The notes under the pieces: model-generated
The model's input: only the letters and a program-made list of their open reading frames with translations
Databases searched by the model: none
Told to the model about the DNA's origin: nothing
NCBI GenBank assembly: GCA_038231275.1
Contig: JBBRLQ010000005.1
Coordinates: 32,001-96,000, forward strand
Reading direction: 5' to 3'
DNA length: 64,000 bases
DNA from: Polyangiales bacterium
GTDB taxonomy: Bacteria; Myxococcota_A; Polyangia; Polyangiales; Polyangiaceae
In this document: piece after piece, positions 10,119 through 19,053 of the stretch
Layout of the letters: every line of letters starts with the position of its first letter
How positions within the stretch are numbered: position 1 is the stretch's first letter
Made by a program: the position numbers and the translations under genes

Positions 10119-10687
10119 TGGCACGCACCATCCTCTGGGTCCCCACGAGCGCGTACGCGATCGCGTTCGCCGTGGCGATCGGATCGTGCGCCGATCCCGT
10201 TCATGATCTCCAAGTGAAGGCGCTTGGCGGCGAGGCGCCGAACATCCCCACCGGCGAGTACCACCGCGCCGGCCAGCCCTGCACGACGTGCCACAGCCAG
10301 TACGGGCCCGCGACCTCGCAGTTCGCGATCGGCGGCACCATCTTCCACGGCCCCGACAAGGCCATCGGCGAAGAGGGCGTGCGCGTCGAGATGGTCGACG
10401 CGACAGGCTCGCAGCGCAACGCGACCACCAACTGCGTCGGCAACTTCTTCATCCCGACGTCGGACTGGGATCCGGCGTTCCCGGTGCTCGTCATGATCCG
10501 AAAAGGTCAGCAGACACGGTCGATGAACAGCCACATCGGGCGCGAGGCGTCGTGCAACCAGTGCCACAAGGACCCGCCGAGCTTCGATTCGCCGGGCCAC
10601 ATGTCGCTCGTCGCGGTCGAGGACAACGCGCCGCCGCCGCAGGATTGCCCTGTGAGCCCCGTCGCGACCCTCCCGGGGTCCAGATGA
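10115..10687 (+). CDS. Diheme c-type cytochrome lipoprotein with a central Ig/carboxypeptidase-regulatory-like insert
   Basis: Lipobox IGSC; HRAGQPCTTCH and ASCNQCH motifs; overlaps the upstream stop. Confidence 0.8.
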   Translation: MMARTILWVPTSAYAIAFAVAIGSCADPVHDLQVKALGGEAPNIPTGEYHRAGQPCTTCHSQYGPATSQFAIGGTIFHGPDKAIGEEGVRVEMVDATGSQRNATTNCVGNFFIPTSDWDPAFPVLVMIRKGQQTRSMNSHIGREASCNQCHKDPPSFDSPGHMSLVAVEDNAPPPQDCPVSPVATLPGSR

Positions 10688-11265
10688 AGATCCTCGCGCA
10701 GAGACCGGTGGACAAGGGCCGCGTCGCCGCCGCCGCGATCGTGGTGGGCATCTTCGCCGCGGCCGCGTGCGTGTCGGTCCCGGACACCGAGCGCATGACG
10801 TACGTGGGGCCGCTCCCCAATGGGCAGACCGTGGCGCCGGACTTCGCCTCGTACAAGACCGGCGTGGACCCGTACCTCGGCAAGCGCTGCTCGACGCTCG
10901 ACTGCCACGGGCAGCTCGGTCGCGGCCTTCGCCTCTTCAGCCAGCAGGGCCTCCGCGCGTTCGACGCGTCGGGCAACGGATCCTTTCCGCTCACGAGCGG
11001 CAAGGACGCGATCACCGACGACGAGGTGCGGCAGAACTTCCTCGCCGTCGTCGGCCTCGAGCCAGAGGTCATGACGCAGGTGATGGCGGGCGGCGGCGCC
11101 GATCCGTTGAAGCTCCTCCTCCTCAAGAAGCCGCTCCTCTACGAGGGCCACAAGGGCGGACAGGTGATGATCGACACCTCCGACCCCGGCTACAAGTGCA
11201 TCGCGAGCTGGCTGGCGGGCTCGCTCGACACCAACGCGTGCACCAAGTCGCTCGAAGTGCGCTGA
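10684..11265 (+). CDS. Putative monoheme cytochrome lipoprotein with CX4CH motif
   Basis: ATG 10684 (ATGA overlap); lipobox AAAC; RCSTLDCHG; distal LLKKP...HKGG and IASWL. Confidence 0.68.
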   Translation: MKILAQRPVDKGRVAAAAIVVGIFAAAACVSVPDTERMTYVGPLPNGQTVAPDFASYKTGVDPYLGKRCSTLDCHGQLGRGLRLFSQQGLRAFDASGNGSFPLTSGKDAITDDEVRQNFLAVVGLEPEVMTQVMAGGGADPLKLLLLKKPLLYEGHKGGQVMIDTSDPGYKCIASWLAGSLDTNACTKSLEVR

Positions 11266-11280
11266 CGCAAAGCGTACGAC

Positions 11281-11325
11281 AAAAGAGAAACGCCCCGGGC
11301 GAGCTCGTCGCGCCGGGGCGTCGCT
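11281..11325 (-). terminator. Rho-independent terminator for the minus-strand operon (possibly bidirectional)
   Basis: Stem ACGCCCCGG (11290-11298) / CCGGGGCGT (11313-11321), followed on the minus strand by TTCTCTTTT. Confidence 0.7.
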
Positions 11326-11341
11326 TCGTCTGCGTGCCGCC

Positions 11342-12736
11342 TCAGGTCACGACCGCGTTGACGAGGCCGGGGAACGCGGGACCGCGGTAGAAGTCCTGCA
11401 CGCGGCGGAGATCGCCCTTCGCGACGGCGAACGCGGCAGCGGCGGCGGCCGTGGGGCCCATCGACGCGGTCGTGATGGTGTTGCCGTTGGTCGCGACGTT
11501 GTTGCCGGTCTGCGGGTCGAACGTGTTGACGCTGTTGTTCGCGCCGTACGATCCGAACCACCCCGTCTTGAGGTAGCCGGCGCCGTAGACGTAGAGCCAG
11601 TTGGCGTTGCCGTTCGTGTTGTCGGGCCAGCCGCTGCGCTCGAGCGGATCCTTCGGGAGATCTCCGCCGATCGTCATGACGAGGTTGTCGGCCAGGCTCT
11701 TCGAAGAGCAGCCCGGGTCCGGCGTCGCGAGCGCCATGGTCATGAACGCGTCGAAGTGCTTGCCGAGCGCCATGGCCATGTCCGCCGGCATCTGATCGCC
11801 GCCGCCGAACGCGCCGTGCGGATCGTCCAAAAATGGGCTCATGTTGACCATCGACGTCAACCCGAGCTTGAACGCCTTCAGCGCCGTGATGAGCGTGTGC
11901 GCATGGTCCTTCAGCGCCGTCGAGGTGCCGGCGTTGACGCCGAATGCTGCGTCGTCCGCCGCCGTGGGGGCGAGCTGCGCCGCGAGGTTCTTGCCGAGGA
12001 GGTTCGCGGCGATTTTGCCGGTCTCGTAGCCCTTCGCGACCGACGGGCGGCCGGCGGCGGCGTTGAGGCCGAGGAACGCCTTGTAATACGCCTCGTGCAG
12101 CGCCGCGTTGCTCGGCGTGCTCAGGAGCGTCTTGCTCGCGACGCTGTCGAACAGGCCGACGAGGCCCGCCGCGCTGCCGACGCTGGCCATCGACGGAGCG
12201 CCGGGCGCGGTGCCGTAGATGGTCGGGTTGATGGCGATGACGGGGAGGAGCGTCGGCGTCGCCTGCTGAATCGCGGCGAGCGCGGCGAGGAGGCCCACGC
12301 CGGTCGCGATCTCGTGCTTGGGCGTGTTGGTGTGGCCGCCGTTGTTGCCGCCCATGAGGCCGGTCATCTGTCGGTTGCCGGGGAGCGTCGCGAACGGCGA
12401 GTAGGTGCCGCGCACCCACGGGCGATCGGTGCCCGTGACCGCCTTGCCCTTGCCGATCTCGTAAAACGCGTAGTTCGCTTGCGTCCCGGTGGCCTGCTCT
12501 ACGTGCGGGAAGAGCAGCGTGTACCAGGAGAGCGCGCCGTTGCCGGCGTTGATGTGGATCGAGCGGTTCGTGAGGGTGCACGCCGCTTGATCGGCGAGCG
12601 CGCTGCCTCCGATGCCCGAGAGCGCGTCGATGAAGCGCACGCGCTCGAGGCCGAGCCCGACCGCCGCCGCCGCGCTCCACCGGATGAAGTCTCGTCGGCC
12701 CGAGCCGCGCAGATCTTTGAGTCGCTGGTCCGCCAT
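11342..12736 (-). CDS. Tat-exported DUF1501/DUF1552-like protein
   Basis: Start MADQRL at 12736 with AGGAG RBS; twin-arginine motif GRRDFI; DDPHG, LADNLVMTIGGD, GAGYLKTG resemble DUF1501 C-terminal motifs; lies downstream of a DUF1588/1585-like gene, the usual context. Confidence 0.6.
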   Translation of the reverse strand: MADQRLKDLRGSGRRDFIRWSAAAAVGLGLERVRFIDALSGIGGSALADQAACTLTNRSIHINAGNGALSWYTLLFPHVEQATGTQANYAFYEIGKGKAVTGTDRPWVRGTYSPFATLPGNRQMTGLMGGNNGGHTNTPKHEIATGVGLLAALAAIQQATPTLLPVIAINPTIYGTAPGAPSMASVGSAAGLVGLFDSVASKTLLSTPSNAALHEAYYKAFLGLNAAAGRPSVAKGYETGKIAANLLGKNLAAQLAPTAADDAAFGVNAGTSTALKDHAHTLITALKAFKLGLTSMVNMSPFLDDPHGAFGGGDQMPADMAMALGKHFDAFMTMALATPDPGCSSKSLADNLVMTIGGDLPKDPLERSGWPDNTNGNANWLYVYGAGYLKTGWFGSYGANNSVNTFDPQTGNNVATNGNTITTASMGPTAAAAAAFAVAKGDLRRVQDFYRGPAFPGLVNAVVT

Positions 12737-12747
12737 GACGATTCTCC

Positions 12748-13440
12748 TTACTCGCAGGTGTGAGCGGCTTCGAGGAGCGCCGCGATGGCAAGTTGAACGC
12801 CCTGGGCCTGGGTCGCCCCGCCCGTGACGGCGTCGACGACGGCCTGGTTCGCGACGGTGACGTGGTCGTCGGTCGCCAGCGTCCCCGTGAGGCACGAAAT
12901 CCCGTCCTTCGTGAACTTCCCGCTCGCGTCGGCGACGATCACGCCCTGGCAGCCCGTGGACGTCGCCGCGTTGGCGAAGACCTCGGGCGCCGCCGCCACG
13001 AAGATGTCGAACTGCTTCGCGAGCGCGCTCGTCGACGCGAGGAGCGCCTCGGGCGCGCGGCCCGAGTAGTTCGCGACGCCGAGCGACGAGCCGCTCGACT
13101 TGTAGATCGTGAGCGCGTTCGTGTTGCCGGTGAGCTTCGCGCCGCGCGTGTTCAGGATGGACCCGAGCGACGCGTACGTGATCTTCGTGCAGCCGTGGTA
13201 CCGCGCCGCCGTTACGCCGCCGGTGGGATCCGACGCCTTCGGTCGGCCGCCCGGATCGGCGTGCTCGTACTCGCCGACTTGGTTCGGCGGGTCGAAATCG
13301 TGGTGGTACATCGGCGACGAGCCCTGCGTGTCGGCCTCGGTCGCGCTGCCGATCTTGTCGTTGGGTCCGCTGCCGGCGGCCGAGCACCCGCTGGCGGCGA
13401 GGCCGGCGGTGGCGATGAGGGTCAGAAGAATGCGTTTCAT
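12748..13440 (-). CDS. Hypothetical lipoprotein with paired cysteines
   Basis: MKRILL...ASGC lipobox; GGAG RBS; ends AAHTCE. Confidence 0.75.
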   Translation of the reverse strand: MKRILLTLIATAGLAASGCSAAGSGPNDKIGSATEADTQGSSPMYHHDFDPPNQVGEYEHADPGGRPKASDPTGGVTAARYHGCTKITYASLGSILNTRGAKLTGNTNALTIYKSSGSSLGVANYSGRAPEALLASTSALAKQFDIFVAAAPEVFANAATSTGCQGVIVADASGKFTKDGISCLTGTLATDDHVTVANQAVVDAVTGGATQAQGVQLAIAALLEAAHTCE

Positions 13441-13459
13441 TGGAGTCTCCTTTTCCCTC

Positions 13460-14713
13460 TCAGAATTTCGTGAAGTCTTCGGACGTGAACACGTTACGGA
13501 TGACGCGCTTCAGCTTCATCCCGTTGCCCGTGAAGTCTTTCACGAGAGGATCGGTGACGGCAGGCGGAATCGACGCGAGGTCGTTCACGATGTCGCCGCG
13601 CGAGAGCGCCCAGTTCCAGACGCGGTCGACGGCGCAGTGGGCCACGGCGGGGTCGGCGGCGATCGCCGCGCCGAGCGACGGAATGTCGGTCACCGCGACG
13701 CCGTTGCGCCACGCGAACGTCTGCTTGCCGGCGGGGAGCCAGTCGCCGAGGACCGAGGTGGGGTTGCCGGTCGACGGCGTCTTCACCTGGATGGCGGTCT
13801 GGTACGCGCCGTTCGCGTCGAAGAACGCGAACATCGGCGCCATGTGGTTGATCGTCGTGTGGCAGTTGGCGCAGATGATCGAGCTCGTGTCCTGGAAGTC
13901 GATTTTCGCGTTCGGCGTGTTCGTCTTTCCGGTGACGGTCTGGAAATCCCAGGGGCTCGTGTAGAGGCCGGCGCCCATCGGCGTCGACGCGCCGAGCTCG
14001 GCGGGGAACTTCGTGCAGGCGAAGGTCTCCTGGATGAAGCGGACGCGGCGGAAGGCCATGTTCGCGTAGAACTGCGACATGAGGCCGGGGTCGGTGAGGA
14101 CGCCGGCGGTGGGCGCCGTGCCCGGACAGCTCGCGGGGGTGAAGGTGCCGCCCGCGTACGTCGGGCAGGTGTTCGTCGCCGTCGTGAAGAGGTCGGTGTA
14201 CGGCTGGTCGTTGATGACGACCATCGCCGCGAACGTCGCCGCGGTGTCGTAGCTCGGCGCGCCTTGCCTCGCGTTGCCGCCCATCGGGCCGGTGCGGAAC
14301 GTGTCGCGGAACCACTGGATCATGCGCGTCGCGAAGCGCGGGTCGCTCGTGAGGATCTTGTCGATGTACGCCTCGTAGGTGACCTTCTGGTCGGCCTGCG
14401 CCTTGCCGTCGAGCGTCTTCACGTCCGCGAGCGTCGGGAGCTCGCCCGTGAGCTTGAGGCTCGCGCTGCGCATCGCCGCGCCGTAGTCGAACACGCGGGT
14501 GTCGACGTACGCGGGGGGCTGCTCGACGGGCCCGCCAGAAGCGCCGCCACCGCCGCCGCCGCCGCCTGCGCCACCACTGGAGCCCGGGTCACCGGAGGTG
14601 CCGCCGTTGCCGAGCGCGTTCGGGTCGTCGGACCCCGAGCCGCACGCCATCAGCGATGCCGCGATGCCGAGCGCGGCGAGCTTCGCGCTGAGTCGCAGAA
14701 TGCTTCGTCGCAT
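13460..14713 (-). CDS. DUF1588/DUF1585-like CxxCH cytochrome lipoprotein
   Basis: Lipobox LMAC; Gly linker; SLKLTGELPT, ETFAC, ICANCHTTINHMAP.F..FD..G, LKRVIRNVFTSEDF. Alternative start near 14755. Confidence 0.7.
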   Translation of the reverse strand: MRRSILRLSAKLAALGIAASLMACGSGSDDPNALGNGGTSGDPGSSGGAGGGGGGGGASGGPVEQPPAYVDTRVFDYGAAMRSASLKLTGELPTLADVKTLDGKAQADQKVTYEAYIDKILTSDPRFATRMIQWFRDTFRTGPMGGNARQGAPSYDTAATFAAMVVINDQPYTDLFTTATNTCPTYAGGTFTPASCPGTAPTAGVLTDPGLMSQFYANMAFRRVRFIQETFACTKFPAELGASTPMGAGLYTSPWDFQTVTGKTNTPNAKIDFQDTSSIICANCHTTINHMAPMFAFFDANGAYQTAIQVKTPSTGNPTSVLGDWLPAGKQTFAWRNGVAVTDIPSLGAAIAADPAVAHCAVDRVWNWALSRGDIVNDLASIPPAVTDPLVKDFTGNGMKLKRVIRNVFTSEDFTKF

Positions 14714-14763
14714 CGTGTGCCTGCCTTTCTGTTCCGCGTGCCGTTCCATGGCCATTGTCTCTT

Positions 14764-16029
14764 TCATTCGCCGGCGAGCCAGCTGTTGATCTGCGCGGTG
14801 TAGCCACCCACGTCGCTGACGGTGCCGCCGCCGTGGTTTCCGCTCTGCCCCGTCGGGTGCAGGATGATGGCGCTCTTGGTCTTGTCGGTAAGGTTCACCT
14901 TCGTAAGCGCCTGGGCGCACGCCGAGGCGTAGTTGGGGGAGCCCCCCACGAGATCGTTCAAGTCGAGCGCGCCGTCGCCGCCGCCGCCGGCCTTGTGGCA
15001 GCCGGCCGTGCAGTTCGGCGTGAGCGCGTTGCCGTTCACCTGGCCGCCGCGGAACACGTCGGCGATCGCCTGGAAGCCCGACACGTTCTTGCAGCCGCCG
15101 CCGCCCGCGCCCGCGTCGCCGCCCGCGACGGTGCCCGCGCCGATCTTGGCGAACTCGATCTGGAGCTTGTCGGTCGCCTGCCAGTTGAAGCCGGTGAGGA
15201 TGAACGTGCCGGGGCCGACGGCGATCGACTTGCCTGCGCCAGCGGTGTCGTCGACGTTCGAGCCGTTGTCGGCCGGATCCTCGACCGCCTTCGCCGTGGC
15301 GTCGGCGGGGACCTGCACGAAGATCGGGTGCGTGATGTGGATGCCGCCCGCCGCGGGCCCGACCAGCTTCACCGAGCTGAGCGCGAGGATCTTGCCGGAG
15401 ATGGTCGCGTTGAACGTGATCTGCGCGCCGGGAATGCCGCCGGAGACCGTGCTCAGATCGATCGCGTTGGCTGCGCCGCCGACGATCGCGATCGGCGCCG
15501 TCGCCGGGAGCTTCGCGCCCTTCAGCGCGGCCGCTTCGACGTCGAGCCACTTCTTGACCTTGTCGCCGAGGTTGCCGGTGCCGTCGGGAGTGACGAGCGC
15601 CGCGCCCGTGTGCTGGCCCTTCGTGAAGAGGCGGCTCTGGAGCGTGTCCTGAACGATGATCTTCTTGTCGCCGACCTGTGACGTGTCGTACGTCTTGATC
15701 GAGAGGTACGTGTCCGGCCCCTTGAGCCAGAGCGGCGCCGAGGTGCTGCCCTCGTGGCAGTTGGACCCGCCGCACGACGTCTTGAGGTCCGGCTCGAGCT
15801 CGCGGTACAGCTTCTCGGCGAGCTTGAGCGCCGTCGCATTGCCGCCGTCGGGATCGAGGAGGCTGCCGTCGCCGGGATCGACCGTTCCACTGTCGACCGC
15901 GCCGCTCGACCCGCCGCCGCCGTTGCCGCCGAGGAGGCTGTCGGCCGCTCCGTCTCCGCACGCGACCGCCGTGACTGCCGCGAGAGCGATCGCGCCGGTG
16001 AGAAGGGCGAACGCACGCGACGCGAGCAT
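14764..16029 (-). CDS. Putative diheme lipoprotein with CX4CH and CX3CH motifs
   Basis: Lipobox AVAC; SCGGSNCH...GQHTG...KKWL and NCTAGCH...GNHGGG...NSWL, two similar domains separated by a beta-rich insert. Start may be 16068. Confidence 0.68.
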   Translation of the reverse strand: MLASRAFALLTGAIALAAVTAVACGDGAADSLLGGNGGGGSSGAVDSGTVDPGDGSLLDPDGGNATALKLAEKLYRELEPDLKTSCGGSNCHEGSTSAPLWLKGPDTYLSIKTYDTSQVGDKKIIVQDTLQSRLFTKGQHTGAALVTPDGTGNLGDKVKKWLDVEAAALKGAKLPATAPIAIVGGAANAIDLSTVSGGIPGAQITFNATISGKILALSSVKLVGPAAGGIHITHPIFVQVPADATAKAVEDPADNGSNVDDTAGAGKSIAVGPGTFILTGFNWQATDKLQIEFAKIGAGTVAGGDAGAGGGGCKNVSGFQAIADVFRGGQVNGNALTPNCTAGCHKAGGGGDGALDLNDLVGGSPNYASACAQALTKVNLTDKTKSAIILHPTGQSGNHGGGTVSDVGGYTAQINSWLAGE

Positions 16030-16390
16030 CCCCTTTCCAGTACGGCTGCGATCCAGTTTCACGGTCATTTTCAGCGGTCCGTGCACGATGAATGCACAGG
16101 TGAGACCAACCCGATCACACTGAAAATTCCGGACGTATTTGATGAGCCTACATCGTAGCTATCGACGTCGCTGGATCATCGTCGACCGCCCAGATGGCCC
16201 ATGCAACGGCAGCTTTCGAGCATGGACGGAGCCCGATCCACGTCGCCATCCGGCGCGCGGCGAGCGTCCTCCAACCCGTCATGTCCACCCGTCACTGCTA
16301 TGGTGTGAGGAGGTGCTGCGGCGGTTGCAGCGAAGTGCCGTGACCTCGCCGCGGACGTGAAGGAAACCCGAGGACGCGGCCATTCTTCGG

Positions 16391-17383
16391 GTGGGGGTTG
16401 AAGCAAGCGTCGTGGACCAGCCGGAGCCTCCCAAGATCGTGCTCGAGCAGCCGGCGCCGTGCCTGGACGGACGCGCCGCGCAGGAGGTGCTCGTCCGCAC
16501 GCTCGCGCCGAGTCAGGCGCCGGGCGCGGCATGGACGGTGAGCGCGCGCGTGAGGAGAGATCGCACCGCGCTCGTCGCCGAAGGTGAGATCACCGACAGC
16601 GTCGGCGCGGCGGTCGCCCATCGCTCCATTCGCAAAGACACGACCGAGTGCAGCGGCGTCGTGCGCGCGCTCGGCGTGTGGGCGTCGCTGGTGCTCGACG
16701 AGGAAGTGCGTCGCGCCGCTGCGCCTCCGCCTCCTCCTCCTCCCGAGCCCGAGACGAGAGCGCCGTGGCCGTCGCCCGAGCCGCCCGCGGCGGCGGCGCC
16801 CGAGCAAGCGCTCTTCCTCAAGAACCCGAAAGACAGGCGCTCGTTCGAGATCGGGATGGGGACCAGCTACCAGTATGGCCTGCTCGGCGACGGCGGCGCC
16901 GCCATCGGCGGCGGTCACGTGTTCACGGTCTTCGAGATCGACGGCGGGTGGTTCCTTCGTCCGACGATCGCGGCTGGGCGATCGCTGCGCGACGTTGCGG
17001 CGTCGTCCGATCTGAGCGCGACATGGGGCGCGGCGCGCTTCGACGCGTGCCGGCGGATGCCTGGAAACTACACGGAACGTCGCGGCATCCAGATGGACGT
17101 GTGCGGCGGCATCGAGAGCGGCCTTCTCGCGTTCGACTCCGGCGGCAACGGCCGGAGCCCGACGGCGGGTCAGGTGCAAAAGGACGTGACGCCGCTGCTC
17201 GCTCCTGGCGCGTCGCTGGGCCTTCGCGGCGAGCTTGCGAGCGATCTCTCCGCCGAGGTGCGTGGCCTCGTCGGCGTCAATCTTCTGCGCGATACGTTTT
17301 ACGAGAGCCCCGACGGCGTGAAGCTCCAGACCTTGCTCGTGTACGCGCGCCTCGAGCTCGCAGTTTCGTGGAGGGTGCGGTGA
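16391..17383 (+). CDS. Hypothetical protein with Pro-rich linker and C-terminal beta-barrel-like domain
   Basis: Alternating beta-strand pattern ending ARLELAVSWRVR; overlaps the ECF sigma start; start codon uncertain. Confidence 0.6.
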   Translation: MGVEASVVDQPEPPKIVLEQPAPCLDGRAAQEVLVRTLAPSQAPGAAWTVSARVRRDRTALVAEGEITDSVGAAVAHRSIRKDTTECSGVVRALGVWASLVLDEEVRRAAAPPPPPPPEPETRAPWPSPEPPAAAAPEQALFLKNPKDRRSFEIGMGTSYQYGLLGDGGAAIGGGHVFTVFEIDGGWFLRPTIAAGRSLRDVAASSDLSATWGAARFDACRRMPGNYTERRGIQMDVCGGIESGLLAFDSGGNGRSPTAGQVQKDVTPLLAPGASLGLRGELASDLSAEVRGLVGVNLLRDTFYESPDGVKLQTLLVYARLELAVSWRVR

Positions 17384-17970
17384 TCGAAGATACCGGCGCT
17401 GTCGAGCGCACGTCGATTACGTCGGTTCCCGCCGTGGCGCCGAACGCCGCGTCGCGCGAGTCGATCTTCCGCTCGATGTACGAGGCCCACGTCGACTTCG
17501 TGTGGCGAAATTTGCGGCGCCTCGGCGTCGAGCTCGGCGACGTCGACGACAAGACACAAGAGGTCTTCGTCATCGCGCACCGCCGGTTCGTCGAGTTCGA
17601 GGATCGCGGCCACGGTCCGCGCGCGTGGCTCTTCCAGATCGTCATCCGCGTCGCGTCCGACGCGCGCCGCCACAAGCGCCGCCACCCTGAGGATCCCGAC
17701 AGCGGCAAGCTCCTCGAGCGCGAGTCGATCGAGCCGCCGCAAACGCAGGCCCTCGCGCGCCGCGAAGCGCTCGAGCGCCTGGACCGCGCGCTCGGCACCC
17801 TCGAGGTCGGCCGCCGCGCCGTCCTGGTCCTCCACGAGATCGAAGAAATGACCGCACCGGAAATCGCGCAGAGCCTCGGAATTCCCCTCAACACCGTTTA
17901 CTCGCGCCTCCGCGTGGCGCGCGCCGAGCTCGAAGCGGCGCTGTCCCGCCAGGAAGGAGCCTCACGATGA
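17380..17970 (+). CDS. ECF sigma-70 family sigma factor
   Basis: GTG 17380; FVWRNLRRLGV, DDKTQEVF, RAWLFQI (region 2); LVLHEIEEMTAPEIA..LGIPLNTVYSRLRVAR (region 4). Confidence 0.93.
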   Translation: MIEDTGAVERTSITSVPAVAPNAASRESIFRSMYEAHVDFVWRNLRRLGVELGDVDDKTQEVFVIAHRRFVEFEDRGHGPRAWLFQIVIRVASDARRHKRRHPEDPDSGKLLERESIEPPQTQALARREALERLDRALGTLEVGRRAVLVLHEIEEMTAPEIAQSLGIPLNTVYSRLRVARAELEAALSRQEGASR

Positions 17971-18740
17971 GCGATCTCTCGACGAGCACCCGCGCCCTTT
18001 TGGACGCCGCGAAAGCGGACGGACCGTCCAAGCTGGCGAAGGCGAAAATCTGGGGAGGCGTGGCGGCGACGACGGCGGCGGCGGCCGGGGGCGGAGCCGC
18101 GGCAGGGAGCGTGGCGGCGTTCGGCTCGGGCAAGCTGCTGATGTTCGGCGCGCTGTTCGGGAGCGCGGTGACGGTCGGTCTCGCGATGGCGCTGATGCAC
18201 GTGGGTCCGATGTCGCCGGAGATCACCGAGCCGCGCGCGGACATGCAGCTCGCGACGCCGCGGCCGGTGCGGGATCCGGCGGCGCCGGCGCAGCCGATTC
18301 GTGCGGGTGGGCCGCAGGACGATCTCACCGTGGAGCAAGACGACGCGCCCGTGGCGACGCCGGTGGGGAACGCCAACGCAGGCGCAAACGCAGCGCCGAA
18401 GGCGGCGCCGGCGGTGGTCGTGAATCCGGCGCAGGGTGCGGCGGCGTCGAAGGCAAAGGCCGCGACCGCGAAGGCGGCGAGGACCGCGGCGGAGAAGGAC
18501 GATCTGCTCGAGCGCGAGTCGCTCCTCGTGTCCGAAGCGCGCGGGGCGCTGGTTCGTGGAGATGCGCGCGCGGCGTTGTCAGCGGTCCACGCGGCGCAGG
18601 CGCTCGACAGCCACGCGCTCGACCCGGAAGAGCTGTCGCTCGAAGCGCGCGCGCTGCGTGCGATGGGAAGCACGGACGCGGCGGACGCGGTCGAATCGCG
18701 CTTGCGGACGCGTTACCCCGATCACGCGCTCGCGCGCTGA
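17967..18740 (+). CDS. Putative membrane-anchored anti-sigma factor with C-terminal TPR-like module
   Basis: ATGA overlap with the sigma gene; short N-terminus, TM segment, Ala/Pro linker, LERESLLVSEARGALVRGDARAAL...RYPD tail. Confidence 0.7.
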   Translation: MSDLSTSTRALLDAAKADGPSKLAKAKIWGGVAATTAAAAGGGAAAGSVAAFGSGKLLMFGALFGSAVTVGLAMALMHVGPMSPEITEPRADMQLATPRPVRDPAAPAQPIRAGGPQDDLTVEQDDAPVATPVGNANAGANAAPKAAPAVVVNPAQGAAASKAKAATAKAARTAAEKDDLLERESLLVSEARGALVRGDARAALSAVHAAQALDSHALDPEELSLEARALRAMGSTDAADAVESRLRTRYPDHALAR

Positions 18741-19053
18741 GGGCTTCTCGCGAGGCCGACTCGGCGACCGTGAGGATCGAGGCGCGAGGGCACCCGCTTG
18801 ACTCGTTGCGCGGTCGCGATGGGATCCGCCACCGCCGGCGGCGTCATTCGAGCGTCGCGTCGCGTCGGGGAAAAACCGCGCCGCGATCTCCGCCCCGTAA
18901 ATCCTCGCCGCTCCCCTCGCCTCTCGATCTCGCGGGGAAGCTGCGGGATCGCGCGCGCGCTCCGACGCTTCGGCGAGGCGGCGCACGGCGACGATGAGCC
19001 CCGTCAGGGATGGCCGTGGAGGTGCAGGCGTCGGAGAAGGTCGTCTCTTTCGC

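Noticed and set aside
11342-15961. Apparent long fusions in the ORF track (11342..13387, 13460..15961; likewise 1189..4134, 26492..28324, 29658..31610, 36832..39066)
   Set aside because: The N-terminal extensions are off-frame or antisense readings of neighbouring genes; internal starts with signal peptides, RBSs or coupled stops explain them.
16139-17383. Possible TGA readthrough (selenocysteine) joining 16139..16360 to the in-frame 16391 ORF
   Set aside because: The upstream peptide is not protein-like, there is no redox motif around the TGA, and no SECIS-like hairpin was recognised.
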